Assembly (NCBI GenBank): GCA_030610855.1
Contig: JAUWQY010000006.1
Span: 153-64,152 of the forward strand
Direction: 5' to 3'
Source: Dehalococcoidia bacterium
Lineage (GTDB): Bacteria > Chloroflexota > Dehalococcoidia > GIF9 > AB-539-J10
DNA length: 64,000 nucleotides
The position numbers and the translations under genes are program-made. Position 1 is the first letter of the stretch. Each line of letters starts with the position of its first letter. Positions 37,285 to 49,010 of the stretch are shown here, piece by piece. The notes beneath the pieces were generated by a model that saw only the letters and a list, made by a program, of their open reading frames with translations, made no database searches and was not told where the DNA came from.

Positions 37285-37941
37285 ATGTATGTCGTAATAG
37301 CAGGCTTGAGTGATATAGGGAAGAATCTGGCGGAGCTCCTTGTGAAGGAAGGGAATGAAGTAGTGATTATAGACCGGGACTTAGCGAAATGCACTGAAAT
37401 GGCGGAGGGGTCTGACGTGATGGTGATCACCGGAGATGCCAGCCAGAAAGCTGTCCTCGAAGAGGCCAGAGTCAGGAATACCTATGCCTTTGTGGCTGCA
37501 GCCGGCGATGACTCGGAGAACTTGATGCTCTGCATGATAGCCAAGGAAATGGGGGCAAAAATGGTGATTTCTCTCATAGATGCGACAGAGCACGCGGAAG
37601 CATTCAGGCAGGCAGGGGTCAGTGTCCAGGTTAACCCTCACATGGTGGCAGCCAGGCATATTTCCCGCATGATTGCACAGCCTTATGTGAAGGACTTCAT
37701 CTCTTGCGCAGGAGCAGAGATATTCGAAATAGAGGTTGAGCAGGGCATGAAGTGTGCCGGGCGGAGGATTGCCGAGATATCAACTCCGAACGGCGTGAAG
37801 GTTTTGGTAGTGCAAAGAGGAGGAAAATACCTTAGTTCTGACGGCGAGATACGGCCTCAAGACTGGCTGACTCTCATCGTGAATCAGGAATCTGCCAGGA
37901 AAGGCACCGAGTTCATGGATAAATGGTTCGCCAAAGGGTAA
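37285..37941 (+). CDS. trkA: K+ transport system NAD-binding component TrkA (TrkA-N plus TrkA-C).
   Basis: MYVVIAGLSDIGKNLAELLVKEGNEVVIIDRD is the Rossmann GxGxxG motif. A C-terminal RCK_C domain is present. Confidence 0.85.
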   Translation: MYVVIAGLSDIGKNLAELLVKEGNEVVIIDRDLAKCTEMAEGSDVMVITGDASQKAVLEEARVRNTYAFVAAAGDDSENLMLCMIAKEMGAKMVISLIDATEHAEAFRQAGVSVQVNPHMVAARHISRMIAQPYVKDFISCAGAEIFEIEVEQGMKCAGRRIAEISTPNGVKVLVVQRGGKYLSSDGEIRPQDWLTLIVNQESARKGTEFMDKWFAKG

Positions 37942-39350
37942 AACTAGCCCTCCATATCATCGGATCATTCCTGAGGTTCTTCGCCTTAGCCTACATCGTT
38001 CCCCTGGTAACCGCTGTTTACTATGGCGAGGACTGGCGGATTTTCTTATACTCACTACTACTCACTTTAGCTATCGGGCTGATTCTTGAATTTGGTTTTA
38101 GAACCACCAGGGAAATAGAGCGTGCCGATGGTTTCATCATAGTGGCCTTCACCTGGCTTCTCATCCCTCTCTTCGGCATGCTCCCTTATATACTCCCTCC
38201 TGTCGGGCTGGGTTTTCTCGATGCTTTTTTCGAGGCCATGTCCGGCTTCACTACCACCGGGGCGACCATACTGGAGGTGGTAGAAGAGTTGCCCAAGAGT
38301 GCTCTCCTGTGGCGTAGCCTTACGCAATGGTTGGGCGGAATGGGAGTGATTGCTCTCTTTGTTGCCATACTACCCAGACTGGGGGTAGGAGGCTCTCAGC
38401 TTTTTGATCGGGAATTTCCCGGCCCCTTACCTGAAAAGCTGCGTCCCAGATTCAGAACCACGGCCAGAATTCTCTGGACAATCTATGCAGGGTTTACTGC
38501 TTCCCAGATAGCACTCCTCTATTTCCTGGCCAGGCTCCCTCTCTTCGACTCAATCTGCGTCTCCCTCTCCACCATACCTACTGGCGGATTCGCGCCTTAC
38601 ACACAGAGTATTGGCTTCTACGGTAATCCGTTGGCCGAATACATAATAATGGTCTTTATGTTCCTGGCGGGCACAAGGTTCATACTTCACTATCAGGTTT
38701 TACAGAGAAACTTGAAGGCAATCAAAGGCGAGGAACTCAGGCTTTACCTGATTATTCTGGCAGCGGCTATCTCTCTATTAATGCTTGCGCAGGGGCTTAG
38801 TTCATATAGAGAGGGAATCTTCCAGGCAATCTCGATCATGACTACTACGGGTTTTGTTACCGGCAATTTTGCCGAGTGGAACTCCGGAGCCAGAATGGTG
38901 CTTCTGGCTTTGATGTTCATCGGAGCCTGTGGCGGCTCTACTGGCGGGGGGATGAAAGTGATGCGGGTTTTAACCCTGATAAAACATACGGGGGGAATGA
39001 TGAGGAAGGCCATTTCTCCCAAAGCTGTGGTTCCGCTGAAACTCGGCCACAAGCCTCTCTCAGAAGGAATCATCCGGGATATAATTTCCTTCCTGTTTCT
39101 CTATATTCTTGTTGCTGTTCTAGCTTCAATAGCGCTTGGTTTCTTAGGGCTTGACCTGGAGACAGCAATTTCAGCAGTAGCTGCCAGTTTAGGGAATGTG
39201 GGGCCTGGTTTGGGTGGCGTGGGTCCCACTCTGAATTATGCCTGGCTCCCCGGCGCAGCCAAGGTCATCCTGATTATCTGTATGTGGTTGGGGAGATTGG
39301 AATTGTTTGCAGTTTTCATGATATTCTCTCCCCGCTTCTGGAGAGCTTAA
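37923..39350 (+). CDS. trkH: K+ transporter TrkH/KtrB family membrane protein.
   Basis: Repeated M-P-M selectivity-filter-like segments (TTTGATI, TGGFAP, TTTGFVTG, GGSTGGGMK). Confidence 0.85.
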   Translation: MVRQRVKLALHIIGSFLRFFALAYIVPLVTAVYYGEDWRIFLYSLLLTLAIGLILEFGFRTTREIERADGFIIVAFTWLLIPLFGMLPYILPPVGLGFLDAFFEAMSGFTTTGATILEVVEELPKSALLWRSLTQWLGGMGVIALFVAILPRLGVGGSQLFDREFPGPLPEKLRPRFRTTARILWTIYAGFTASQIALLYFLARLPLFDSICVSLSTIPTGGFAPYTQSIGFYGNPLAEYIIMVFMFLAGTRFILHYQVLQRNLKAIKGEELRLYLIILAAAISLLMLAQGLSSYREGIFQAISIMTTTGFVTGNFAEWNSGARMVLLALMFIGACGGSTGGGMKVMRVLTLIKHTGGMMRKAISPKAVVPLKLGHKPLSEGIIRDIISFLFLYILVAVLASIALGFLGLDLETAISAVAASLGNVGPGLGGVGPTLNYAWLPGAAKVILIICMWLGRLELFAVFMIFSPRFWRA

Positions 39351-39517
39351 CCAGGCCACAGGGGAGGTTCAGAGCAGGTCCAGGCTGCATCTTGCAGGAG
39401 GGTGATGCCCGGGCTGCTTGCCGGGGAGAATTCATCCTCAGAACGAGCGCCGGCAGTGGATCTCTGCAATGGGAGTTGCCGCATGATATCGATGAACCTG
39501 ACAGAACGGCAACTGCG

Positions 39518-39991
39518 CTATAACTTCGCTCGCAGCTTCAGGTATGTGGCAGTCAACGCTTCCGGCATCACTTTGGTATCGGACAACACCGGCATGAAGT
39601 TAGTGTCACCTCCCCACCTGGGCACTACATGAGTATGGAGGTGCTCTGCTATCCCCGCTCCGGCCGCTCTACCCAAATTCAAGCCAATGTTGAAGCCGGT
39701 CGGTTTCATCACTTGTCTGAGAAGCTCCAGGACCATCTTGATGATGTCGAAGTGCTCCTTTGCTTCTTCATCTGTCAGAACCTGCAGGTCTGCCGTATGG
39801 CGATAGGGGGCGACCATTAGATGACCCGTATTATAGGGAAAGGCGTTCAGGATTATGAAATTGCGCTGACCGCGATAGAGGATAAGATTCGCCTCATCGT
39901 TATTCTCCGCGGGCTTCCGGCATAGAATGCAGCTGCTTTCTGGGGTCCTCTGTAGATACTCTATCCGCCATGGCGCCCAAAGGTGTTCCAT
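39518..39991 (-). CDS. HIT family hydrolase (histidine triad).
   Basis: HLHTHVVPRW histidine triad. Has a CxxC N-terminus (CILCR). Confidence 0.85.
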   Translation of the reverse strand: MEHLWAPWRIEYLQRTPESSCILCRKPAENNDEANLILYRGQRNFIILNAFPYNTGHLMVAPYRHTADLQVLTDEEAKEHFDIIKMVLELLRQVMKPTGFNIGLNLGRAAGAGIAEHLHTHVVPRWGGDTNFMPVLSDTKVMPEALTATYLKLRAKL

Positions 39992-40117
39992 TGAGCCTAT
40001 ATAGTATGCTCATTCTCGCTTAAGTGCAACGGGAGTCCCTGTTTGATGTTACGAATCCCGGACACGGCAGGAGTTGACTATGGTATTGAGCTCAGAATAG
40101 AATACTTCGGGGTTAAC

Positions 40118-41458
40118 ATGCTGGAAGTCTTGACCCAGAAGTTGACAGGTGTATTCAGTAAGCTTGGCAGGAAAGGCAAGCTTAGCGAAGGAGATATCGA
40201 CGATGCCTTGCGCCAGATACGAATGGCGCTCTTGGAGGCAGATGTAAATTTCAAGGTCGTCAGGGAATTCCTGTCCCGAGTGCGGGAGCGTGCCCTTGGC
40301 TCTGACGTATTGCGCAGCCTGACACCGGCCCAGCAGATTGTTAAGATCGTCAATGAAGAGTTGATTGCTATCCTGGGCGGAGAGCCCGCACGTTTGGCTT
40401 CGGTCACTGACTTGCCGGCGGTTGCTTTGCTTGTAGGGTTGCAGGGCTCCGGTAAGACAACTACGGCGGTGAAGCTGGCCGTTCAACTAAAACATCTCGG
40501 GCAGCGTCCGTTACTGGTCGCTGCTGACACCCGCCGACCCGCTGCCATTGAACAGCTCAGATTTCTCGGTGAACAGAACGATATCCCCGTATATAGCGAA
40601 GACACTAACGTAGCGTCGCTCATAGTCTGCCAGCATGCGCTGAAGCAAGCCAGGGAAAAGGGATCGACCTGGGTTATAGTAGATACTCAGGGGCGCCTGC
40701 ATGTTGACGAAGCCATGATGAAGGAATTGGCGGATATCAGGTCCCGTGTACGGCCTTCAGAGGTGTTGCTTACTGTAGATGCCATGGTCGGGCAGGATGC
40801 AGTACGGGTAGCTCAAGAATTCCACGGCCAAATCGGCCTCACCGGACTCATCCTTACCAAGATGGACGGGGATGCCCGAGGAGGAGCCGCCCTCTCCATT
40901 AGATCTGTTACCGGAGTGCCCATAAAATACCTGGGCACAGGCGAGAAGATGGATGCTCTGGAAACGTTTCATCCGGATCGTCTGGCATCTCGCATTTTGG
41001 GCATGGGAGATATGCTCACCTTCATTGAGCGAGCAGAGACGGCCTTTGACGAACAGCAGGTCAAGAAACTGGAAGAAAAAATGCACGCCGGCAACTTTGA
41101 CCTTGAGGACCTGCTCAGTCAAATGCAGCAGATTCACAAAATGGGTTCGTTGGGGCGACTGGTTGAGATGATACCGGGTTTCTCCAAGTTCTCCTCTCAT
41201 CTACCGGATGCCGAAGGGGACAAACAGTTGAGAAGGATAGAGGCTATCATCCTGTCTATGACTTATGAGGAAAGGCGCAATCCAGCTATTATTGATGGCA
41301 GACGGCGAAGCCGTATTGCGCGAGGGAGCGGCACCACACCGAAAGATGTTAACCAGCTTCTTAATCAGTTTCGCGAGATACAGAAGCTGACCAAGTCCAT
41401 AACGCGAGGGAAGTTGCCCAAGAACATAGGTGCCATGCTCGACATACCCTCAAGGTGA
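40118..41458 (+). CDS. ffh: Signal recognition particle protein Ffh.
   Basis: The start is the internal Met MLEVLTQKLTGVFSKL. GTPase motifs LVGLQGSGKTTT and DTQGR, plus the TKMDGDARGG-type motif. The C-terminal Met-rich M domain is present. Confidence 0.9.
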   Translation: MLEVLTQKLTGVFSKLGRKGKLSEGDIDDALRQIRMALLEADVNFKVVREFLSRVRERALGSDVLRSLTPAQQIVKIVNEELIAILGGEPARLASVTDLPAVALLVGLQGSGKTTTAVKLAVQLKHLGQRPLLVAADTRRPAAIEQLRFLGEQNDIPVYSEDTNVASLIVCQHALKQAREKGSTWVIVDTQGRLHVDEAMMKELADIRSRVRPSEVLLTVDAMVGQDAVRVAQEFHGQIGLTGLILTKMDGDARGGAALSIRSVTGVPIKYLGTGEKMDALETFHPDRLASRILGMGDMLTFIERAETAFDEQQVKKLEEKMHAGNFDLEDLLSQMQQIHKMGSLGRLVEMIPGFSKFSSHLPDAEGDKQLRRIEAIILSMTYEERRNPAIIDGRRRSRIARGSGTTPKDVNQLLNQFREIQKLTKSITRGKLPKNIGAMLDIPSR

Positions 41459-41460
41459 AA

Positions 41461-42939
41461 TCAGTCTAGATAGCCTTTGAGTTTTCGACTACGAGTGGGA
41501 TGACGTAGCTTACGGAGGGCCTTGCCCTCAATCTGCCGTATTCGTTCCCGAGTTACATTGAACTCTTTGCCCACCTCTTCCAGAGTCCGCGTATGCCCGT
41601 CCTTGAGACCGAATCTAAGCTGCAGCACCTTCTTCTCACGCTCGGTCAGTTCATCGAGAACTCTGTCGATTTGCTCCTTCAGTAATTGCCGTGATGTCGC
41701 TTCAGTCGGTGCCAAACTGCCCTGATCTTCAACAAAATCGCCCAGCCGGCTATCAGCATCTTCGCCAATGGGCGTGTCCAGCGATATCGGCTCGCGGAAA
41801 AACAGGGCCATCACCCCTTCGACTTTTTCCGCCGGCATGTCCAGGCGCTTGCCGATCTCTTCGTAGCTTGGCTCGTGTCCGAGTTCTTGAATCAACTGCC
41901 GCGTCGCGCGTAACAGCTTGTTGATTGTCTCTACCATATGTACCGGAATGCGAATGGTGCGAGATTGATCAGCTATAGACCGACTGATACCTTGCCTGAT
42001 CCACCATGTGGCGTAAGTACTGAACTTGTAGCCTTTCCTATACTGAAACTTGTCCACGGCCCGGATAAGGCCAATGTTTCCCTCCTGAATAAGCTCAAGG
42101 AGCGACATGCCATGGCCAATGTATTTCTTAGCTATGCTCACCACTAGGCGCAAATTCGCCTCGGTGAGATGCCTCTCCGATGCTTTGGCTTCGGTCTTTA
42201 TCTGTTCGAAGTAGACCCTGAACTCACCGCTATGAGAATCGAGTTGAAACAAGAAACTCTCGTCAGTCACGATGGTTTTTAGTCTCTGCCACGAGATGTT
42301 ATCTCTAGCCAGGAGCTCTGTTAATCGCGGAGGCAGGAGTTGGCTGCTTATGGAAACGTTTACTATCGCTTCTTCGGCGGCGCTCGTTCCTTTGTCCATC
42401 CCCGTCGCAATCGCGGATAATAGCGACGCATCTATGACATCATCGACGGCGGAGCGAAATCTGGCATCCGTGATTATCTCTGCCACGCTACGAGAGGTAT
42501 CGATACCGATATGCGCTCCGATAATATGAACAACAGAGTATGCTCCAGATAATTGAGAAAGCACCTGAACAACAACCTCAATGACTGAAGGGTATTTCTT
42601 GTGTTTCTTGAAATGGCTTTCCTCGATCCTCTCCAGGTATCTACCCATCTCTATCTTCCGGCATAACAACTTCTCTTCATGGACATTAAGAAGCGGCACC
42701 CTCCCGATTTCCTGAAGATACATGCGAGCTGAGTCATCAGTCACTTCAAACTCGCCCAGTGGTGCAACCGGCTTGGTTTCTTCAGCATCCTCCGGGAAGA
42801 GCTCTGCCATTCCGTCTTTCTCTTCAGCTTCCTCGGTCAAGGCAGCGGCGTCCTCGCCTTCAACTTCGTCGCCGAGTAAGCTCTCAGCCAATGCCTCATC
42901 ACCGTCCACGTTTATGCTTTCTCTTTTAGTTGAATCCAC
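41461..42939 (-). CDS. rpoD: RNA polymerase sigma factor RpoD (sigma-70).
   Basis: Acidic region 1.1, region 2 ([27 protein letters not shown]) and region 4 ([20 protein letters not shown]). Confidence 0.9.
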   Translation of the reverse strand: MDSTKRESINVDGDEALAESLLGDEVEGEDAAALTEEAEEKDGMAELFPEDAEETKPVAPLGEFEVTDDSARMYLQEIGRVPLLNVHEEKLLCRKIEMGRYLERIEESHFKKHKKYPSVIEVVVQVLSQLSGAYSVVHIIGAHIGIDTSRSVAEIITDARFRSAVDDVIDASLLSAIATGMDKGTSAAEEAIVNVSISSQLLPPRLTELLARDNISWQRLKTIVTDESFLFQLDSHSGEFRVYFEQIKTEAKASERHLTEANLRLVVSIAKKYIGHGMSLLELIQEGNIGLIRAVDKFQYRKGYKFSTYATWWIRQGISRSIADQSRTIRIPVHMVETINKLLRATRQLIQELGHEPSYEEIGKRLDMPAEKVEGVMALFFREPISLDTPIGEDADSRLGDFVEDQGSLAPTEATSRQLLKEQIDRVLDELTEREKKVLQLRFGLKDGHTRTLEEVGKEFNVTRERIRQIEGKALRKLRHPTRSRKLKGYLD

Positions 42940-44717
42940 TGTCTTTTCCCCTTTTTCTCAAAGACTTCCTGGAGTTGTTGCGCAGAACCTATTCCTTGCT
43001 CCTGTAGTTTCGATAACTCTGAGCTTATGCCGCCCTTCTCCCTCTCAACTTCAAGTATCGTTTCCTTCTCAGTTTCTAGTTTCCGGTATGATTTTTCTTT
43101 TAGACGGAGAATACAGTAGCCTAGCTCAGATCGCCGCGTTCCTTCGCTTTCCCCTGTGCCGGGCGGAAAGACCCTGCCAACCAAACAGCATAAGTGTTCC
43201 CTTAGACCGGCGTCGAGTTCCGTTTCCAGGCCTGAAACATCAGACGAATGCTGCCATTTAGCAAAGACCTCACGATTCTCTGTGCATTCGAAGTCTTCCG
43301 CTGATAGGCCTCCGGCTAAAGGACGCAGTTCCGGGTACTGAAGAAGAAGCGCTAAGCAGTGTTCTTCAATAGGGCTAGATCCAAGCCCACGGACAAGGCG
43401 GGATTGTTCCGCTGGCCTGTCGAGTTTCGGACTCCTCCCAATGGCTTTGTCTTCGCGCAGGGCGGTTCTTATGGTGGACTCCTCAATTCTCAGCTCACGC
43501 GCCAGCTTCTGCGCGTAATGGAGTTTTTGCACAGGATCCTTAAGCTCACGAATTGACGGCAGGAGTTTCTGTACGGCTAGCGACTTGTCTTTGGCCTTAT
43601 TGATATCGACTTTGCTTATTACAGACTGAAACGCGAAGTCTAGAATGGCCATGGCCTGTTCTACCAGTTTTCCCCAAAGAGCAGGGTCGTCTCTTATTAC
43701 TTCGTCAGGGTCTTTGCCTGAGGGCAACAAAATAACCTCTGCTTCGGCATTGGAATGAGCCAATATCGCTTTGCCGCGCAAGGTAGCTTCCTCTCCAGCT
43801 AGATCGGCATCAAGTGCCAGCGTTATGTTATTGGTTAACCCTTTGACAAGCCCCACTTGCTTTTCGGTCAAAGAGGTTCCCATTGAGCCAACCACATTCT
43901 GCCAGCCGTGCTGGTGAGCAGTGAGAACATCGGTGTAGCCTTCCACGATTATCACTGCGTTCTTCTTTCTGATGGAGGACTTAGCCTTATCAATGCCATA
44001 CAGAATGCTGCTCTTGTCGAAAACTGATGTTTGGGGTGAGTTTATATACTTAGGCAGGGAGTCATCTAAGGCTCTGGCTCCGAAGCCGGTGACTCGACCC
44101 TGGATATCACATATAGGAAACATGAGACGGTTGCGAAACCGGTCATAACTGCCGCCTCCTTCCTTTTCGAGTATCAGACCTGCTCCCAATAGCTCCTGTC
44201 CCTTGTAACCTTTATCCAGCAAGTAGTTCTTGGTTGTTTCCCAGGTATCAGGACTGAAACCGAGACGGAACTCCTTGATGGTCTCGGGCGTCACTTTTCT
44301 TCTTGCCAGATAGCTTCTCGCAGCCTCACCCGCTTTGGCACTCAGGAGTAAGTGATGGTAGTATTCAGCAGCTGCCTCGTTAAGTTGAAATAACTCCTCC
44401 TCCCCCTCGTGCGCAGCCCTGGACGGCGCCTCAAGCGGACCTATGGCGATGCCTTCCCTTTGAGCTAGAAGGCGAAGAGCCTGGCCGAAATCAATGCCCT
44501 CCTTCTTCATGACAAAGGAGAAAATGTCGCCGCCGGTGCCGCAGGCACCGAAGCAATGCCAGGTTTGTTGCTCAGGAAAGACGAAGAAGGAAGGATGTTT
44601 CTCACTATGGAAGGGGCACAAGCCTTTGAAGTTGCGCCCTGCTTTTTGCAGGGTGACATACTCGGAGACGAGCTCCATTATGCCCAGTCGCTGCTTTACT
44701 TCCCTGATTACGCTCAT
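42912..44717 (-). CDS. dnaG: DNA primase DnaG.
   Basis: Zinc ribbon [27 protein letters not shown]. It overlaps the dgt stop by 4 bp and the rpoD start by 28 bp. Confidence 0.9.
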   Translation of the reverse strand: MSVIREVKQRLGIMELVSEYVTLQKAGRNFKGLCPFHSEKHPSFFVFPEQQTWHCFGACGTGGDIFSFVMKKEGIDFGQALRLLAQREGIAIGPLEAPSRAAHEGEEELFQLNEAAAEYYHHLLLSAKAGEAARSYLARRKVTPETIKEFRLGFSPDTWETTKNYLLDKGYKGQELLGAGLILEKEGGGSYDRFRNRLMFPICDIQGRVTGFGARALDDSLPKYINSPQTSVFDKSSILYGIDKAKSSIRKKNAVIIVEGYTDVLTAHQHGWQNVVGSMGTSLTEKQVGLVKGLTNNITLALDADLAGEEATLRGKAILAHSNAEAEVILLPSGKDPDEVIRDDPALWGKLVEQAMAILDFAFQSVISKVDINKAKDKSLAVQKLLPSIRELKDPVQKLHYAQKLARELRIEESTIRTALREDKAIGRSPKLDRPAEQSRLVRGLGSSPIEEHCLALLLQYPELRPLAGGLSAEDFECTENREVFAKWQHSSDVSGLETELDAGLREHLCCLVGRVFPPGTGESEGTRRSELGYCILRLKEKSYRKLETEKETILEVEREKGGISSELSKLQEQGIGSAQQLQEVFEKKGKRQWIQLKEKA

Positions 44718-45778
44718 TGCGATATTTCTTCAGCTAGCCTCAGTGCATATTGATCGGTCATTCCGGCAATGTAGTCAATGACCTTCTGCTCCCTGCTGCC
44801 CGGTAAACAGACGAGTTCTCGCGGCAGTCCATCCTCATGCTCCAGGAAATGAGAATACAACAGATGTAATATCTCTCGGGCCTTCGCCACCTCTTCTCCT
44901 GCCAGGCTGGGATTGTATACTCTGTCAAACAGAAACTGGCGGAGTATGTTAGCTGCTCTGAGGACTGCCGGGCTCATGCCTATGATCGGCTTGGTTGAAT
45001 TGCCATTGCCACCAACCGGCCACGAGTAACTAATGATATCACAAACCAGGGTGTTAACTCGCTGTGAATGCGTATGCCCTAGAGTTGCGGTTACCGGCCT
45101 GGGCAAGTCACTATGGGAGAGGACGCTGGCTCTTATGGCATCCTCAACATCGTGGTTAACGTAGGCCACAATATCGGCTATCTTGCATATTTGGCCTTCC
45201 AGAGTATTGGCATCCCCCCATCCTTCTCCTAAGATTTCAGCTTGTCCTTTGGAATGATTAAGGATGCCGTCTCGCACTTCCCAGGTAAGATTCAACCCCT
45301 GGCCCTCTTTCTCCAGCACATCGACTACTCGCAAGCTTTGCTCGTTATGCCTGAAGCCAGCGTGATATAGTTCATTGAGGACCTCCTCTCCTATATGACC
45401 GAAAGGCGTGTGTCCTAAATCGTGTCCAAGAGCAATAGCCTCAGCAAGGTCTTCGTTGAGGTCCAGTGCTCGAGCTATGGTCCTGGCTATCTGTGATACC
45501 TCCAGAGTATGAGTCAACCTGGTGACATAATGGTCACCTGAGGGCGCGATAAAGACCTGTGTCTTATGCTTTAGCCGACGGAAGGCTTTGCAATGGATGA
45601 TACGGTCACGGTCACGTTGAAAATCCGTTCTTATGGGGCATGGCTCTTCCTTCCTCAGTCGACCCCGGCTGAACTTGCTCCTGGCGGCATAACGGGAAAG
45701 AGCCTCTTCCTTCTTTTCCGTCTGTTCACGTACGTTGATTCTGCTAACCATTGAATCACTGTCGTCATAGCAAGTCAA
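44714..45778 (-). CDS. dgt: dGTPase-like HD-domain deoxynucleoside triphosphate triphosphohydrolase.
   Basis: HD motifs HTLEVSQIAR and LGHDLGHTPFGH. It is the first gene of the dgt-dnaG-rpoD operon. Confidence 0.85.
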   Translation of the reverse strand: MTCYDDSDSMVSRINVREQTEKKEEALSRYAARSKFSRGRLRKEEPCPIRTDFQRDRDRIIHCKAFRRLKHKTQVFIAPSGDHYVTRLTHTLEVSQIARTIARALDLNEDLAEAIALGHDLGHTPFGHIGEEVLNELYHAGFRHNEQSLRVVDVLEKEGQGLNLTWEVRDGILNHSKGQAEILGEGWGDANTLEGQICKIADIVAYVNHDVEDAIRASVLSHSDLPRPVTATLGHTHSQRVNTLVCDIISYSWPVGGNGNSTKPIIGMSPAVLRAANILRQFLFDRVYNPSLAGEEVAKAREILHLLYSHFLEHEDGLPRELVCLPGSREQKVIDYIAGMTDQYALRLAEEISQ

Positions 45779-45812
45779 AGAAAAGCCTTTATTCTAAAAC
45801 CCGGAAACGACC

Positions 45813-48245
45813 TCATGCCCTCACGCGCGTTGTCTTCTCAATTCTCGACTTAATCCTCTCTTCCACGTCTGCGATATTCAACCTTGTTGACAATATCACA
45901 TCCGGGTTCAAAGACATGGAATCTATTCCACATTCAACTAAATAGTCGGCGAACTCGGGAAAATCACTCGGCGCCTGACCACATATTCCTATCTTCCTGC
46001 GTGGTTTATGACGGTGTGCTGCATCTATGACTTGCTTTATCAGCCTCTTCACTGCTTCGTTTCTTTCGTCAAATAAGCCCGCAACGAGTTCTGAATCTCT
46101 GTCTAAGCCGAGAGTCAGTTGCGTTAAATCGTTCGACCCTATGCTGAACCCATCAAAGACATCGGCGAATTCATCCGCCAGGATCACATTCGATGGTATC
46201 TCGCACATCACGTACACTTCCAACCCGTTTTCCCCTTGCCTTAAGCCAAACTCTTCCATTACCTTTATCACCTTTCTCCCCTCTTCTGGCGTCCGGCAAA
46301 ACGGGACCATCACGTTCACGTTGGTCAACCCCATCTCATCCCTTATCTTCTTTATGGCCTGGCATTCCAGACCAAACGCGGGCTTGAACTTCTCATCATA
46401 ATAGCGAGAGGCTCCTCTCCAACCTATCATCGGGTTCCTCTCTTCTGGCTCATAGCGATACCCGCCCACTAAATTGGCATACTCATTAGTCCTGAAGTCA
46501 GAAAAACGGACGATGACCTCGTTGGGATAGAAGCCCGCCGCTATCTTTGCTATTCCCATTGCCAGGTTGTCGATAAAGAACTGCTTTTTGTCCCTATACG
46601 CTATGCTCCTTCGGTCTATCTCCTCCACTACTTCCTTCAGTTTGTCATCTACCTGCGCTGTTTTCTTCAGCTCATCGTATTCTATCAGGGCCATGGGATG
46701 TATGCCGATATACGAGTTGATGATGAACTCCTCACGCGCCAGGCCCACGCCATCATTGGGAATCTGACCTTGAATAAAGGCACCATCGGGAATGCCGAGG
46801 TTCATCATTATCTTGGTCTTGGGCCTGGGGATCTTACTCACTTCCACCTCATCTATCCTGTATTTCAGATTCCCTTCATAGACTCTTCCCACACCTTGCG
46901 AACAATCTGCCGTAACCTGCTTCACGTCCTTCAGCACCTCTGTCCCCGTGACCGTGCTGATTACACAGGGCACCCCGAGTTCGCGACTAACGATAGCTGC
47001 ATGGCACGTCCTCCCGCCCTTGTTTGTGATTATGGCGCTGGCGATCTTCATGATTGGCTCCCAATCGGGATCTGTCATATCAGTGACCAGGATCTGACCG
47101 CTCTTGAACCGATGGATTTCACAACTGCCTTCTATTACATTCACCTCCCCCTGCCCTATCTTCGTGCCGACAGCTTCCCCTGTTAACAGCAGTTTCCCCT
47201 TTCCTTCAAGCTTGTAAGTCCTGAGCAGGGCTGCGTCCCTATGCGCATGCACCGTCTCCGGCCTGGCTTGAACTACGAATAGTTCCCCGCTTATTCCATC
47301 CTTTGCCCATTCAATGTCCATAGGCAGGCCATAATGCTCTTCTATAATGCAAGCCCATCTGGCGAGAGCCAATACCTCATCGTCACTCAACACAAACCTT
47401 CTTTGCTCCTCAACCTTGACTTTCTTTGACTCCGTTCCGGTTCCATCTTGCTTATAAACCAGTTTCTCTTCCTTCGTCCCGAGCTTCTTCTCCACGATGG
47501 GCTTGAATCCTTTCTTCAGGGTTGGCTTAAAAACATAGAACTGGTCAGGACTTACAATGCCCTGCACCAAACTCTCTCCCAGACCATAGGTAGCTGTTAT
47601 GTAGACCACATCCTTGAAGCCCGATTCTGTGTCTATGGAGAACATGACTCCTGAGCACGCTAAGTCAGAGCGAACCATCTTCTGGACTCCGACCGAGAGG
47701 TAAACGCTGAAATGGTCAAACCCTTTATCCACCCGGTAGGAGATTGCCCGGTTTGTGAACAAAGATGCAAAGCATTCCATGACCTTCCCCACAAGTTCAT
47801 CTTCGCCCTGCACATTGAGATAAGTCATTTGTTGTCCGGCAAACGAGGCTGTAGGCAAGTCTTCGGCGGTGGCACTGCTTCTTACAGCAACATCAACATT
47901 CCTGCCATATTTCCCTTCCATCTCCCGATAAGCAGCTCTTATTTCGGCTTCCAATTCCGCCGGGCAAGGTGCAGTTCTTATCAGGCTCCTCACCTTTTCA
48001 CCCCTCCTAGACAAGTTCTTCATGTCATGTGTATCCAGGTCTGCCAAAATGCCCTTGATTTCCTGGCTGATGCCTGCCCTCTCCACCGTATGCCTATATG
48101 CTTCGGCGGTAATGGCAAACCCAAGAGGCACATTTATTCCCTTTTTGCTCAGATTTCTTATCATCTCACCAAGAGATGCGTTCTTGCCACCGACCAAAGC
48201 CACGTCCCCTGCGCCGATGTCTTCAAACCACTTCACAAACTTCAT
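45813..48245 (-). CDS. ppsA: Phosphoenolpyruvate synthase (pyruvate, water dikinase).
   Basis: ATP-grasp N-terminal domain; phospho-His domain (GGRTCHAAIVSRELGVP); C-terminal PEP-utilising TIM barrel. Length 810 aa. Confidence 0.9.
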   Translation of the reverse strand: MKFVKWFEDIGAGDVALVGGKNASLGEMIRNLSKKGINVPLGFAITAEAYRHTVERAGISQEIKGILADLDTHDMKNLSRRGEKVRSLIRTAPCPAELEAEIRAAYREMEGKYGRNVDVAVRSSATAEDLPTASFAGQQMTYLNVQGEDELVGKVMECFASLFTNRAISYRVDKGFDHFSVYLSVGVQKMVRSDLACSGVMFSIDTESGFKDVVYITATYGLGESLVQGIVSPDQFYVFKPTLKKGFKPIVEKKLGTKEEKLVYKQDGTGTESKKVKVEEQRRFVLSDDEVLALARWACIIEEHYGLPMDIEWAKDGISGELFVVQARPETVHAHRDAALLRTYKLEGKGKLLLTGEAVGTKIGQGEVNVIEGSCEIHRFKSGQILVTDMTDPDWEPIMKIASAIITNKGGRTCHAAIVSRELGVPCVISTVTGTEVLKDVKQVTADCSQGVGRVYEGNLKYRIDEVEVSKIPRPKTKIMMNLGIPDGAFIQGQIPNDGVGLAREEFIINSYIGIHPMALIEYDELKKTAQVDDKLKEVVEEIDRRSIAYRDKKQFFIDNLAMGIAKIAAGFYPNEVIVRFSDFRTNEYANLVGGYRYEPEERNPMIGWRGASRYYDEKFKPAFGLECQAIKKIRDEMGLTNVNVMVPFCRTPEEGRKVIKVMEEFGLRQGENGLEVYVMCEIPSNVILADEFADVFDGFSIGSNDLTQLTLGLDRDSELVAGLFDERNEAVKRLIKQVIDAAHRHKPRRKIGICGQAPSDFPEFADYLVECGIDSMSLNPDVILSTRLNIADVEERIKSRIEKTTRVRA

Positions 48246-48428
48246 GATCCTCCCTCCGATCCATACTCAGCAGTGGGGTCAGATTCGTCCGTGCCATCTC
48301 CGCCAGATCTGCATCGCTGCCTAAGAGTCGCAAAACCAAGAAGGTAGGGCTGCATTATATCACCTTTCAAAAAAGGTCAAGGTAATGGGCCTCTCTGCCC
48401 TTACCTGTTTGGCTCTGCTGTAATCACC

Positions 48429-49010
48429 CTATCCTCTTACCATCTGTTGCAGTGCCATTCTAATCTTCTCCTCCAGGCTTAGCTCCTCAGAACCTGAGAG
48501 CCTGGAGACGGCCCTGGCGGCTTCCGTCAAAGAGTAGCCCAAGCCGGTCAATGCGGCTATGACATCGGCACCCTCCGGAGCCGAAGGCAAGGCTATGTCT
48601 TTCCACTCCTTCTCCAACTTACCTCTGAGTTCAACGACAAGGCGGTCGGCCGTCTTTTTCCCAATTCCGGGCGCTTGGCATATGAGGTCGGTATTGCCGC
48701 TGGCTATAGCCATGACCAGCTGTTGGGGATTCAAGGCAGAGAGGAGGCCCAAAGCGACCTTAGAACCGATTCCTGAGACAGAAACGAGGTTTCTGAACAG
48801 AGCCAGTTCCTCACGGGAGGCAAAACCATAAAGAGAGACATTATCCTCCCTCAAGTGGAGATGGGTATGGAGGAAAACCTTACCTTCTACAGTTCCCAAT
48901 TGGCCTAAAGTGAAGCCGGACACATATACACGAAAACCTATCCCGCCGACGTTTATGATGATAGAATCGTTACCACGATATTCCAGTATCCCTTCTAATG
49001 TGGCTATCAC
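48429..49010 (-). CDS. ruvA: Holliday junction branch-migration protein RuvA.
   Basis: MIATLEGIL...LHTHLHLREDNVSLYGF OB domain. Two HhH motifs (GIGSKVALGLL, GIGKKTADRLV). Confidence 0.9.
   Translation of the reverse strand: MIATLEGILEYRGNDSIIINVGGIGFRVYVSGFTLGQLGTVEGKVFLHTHLHLREDNVSLYGFASREELALFRNLVSVSGIGSKVALGLLSALNPQQLVMAIASGNTDLICQAPGIGKKTADRLVVELRGKLEKEWKDIALPSAPEGADVIAALTGLGYSLTEAARAVSRLSGSEELSLEEKIRMALQQMVRG

Noticed and set aside
40043-40117. 25-codon N-terminal extension of ffh.
   Set aside because: The canonical Ffh N-terminus (MLEVLTQKLTGVFSKL) starts at the internal Met at 40118.
46027-47186. Multiple 60-160-aa plus-strand ORFs inside ppsA.
   Set aside because: They are antisense to the PEP synthase CDS.
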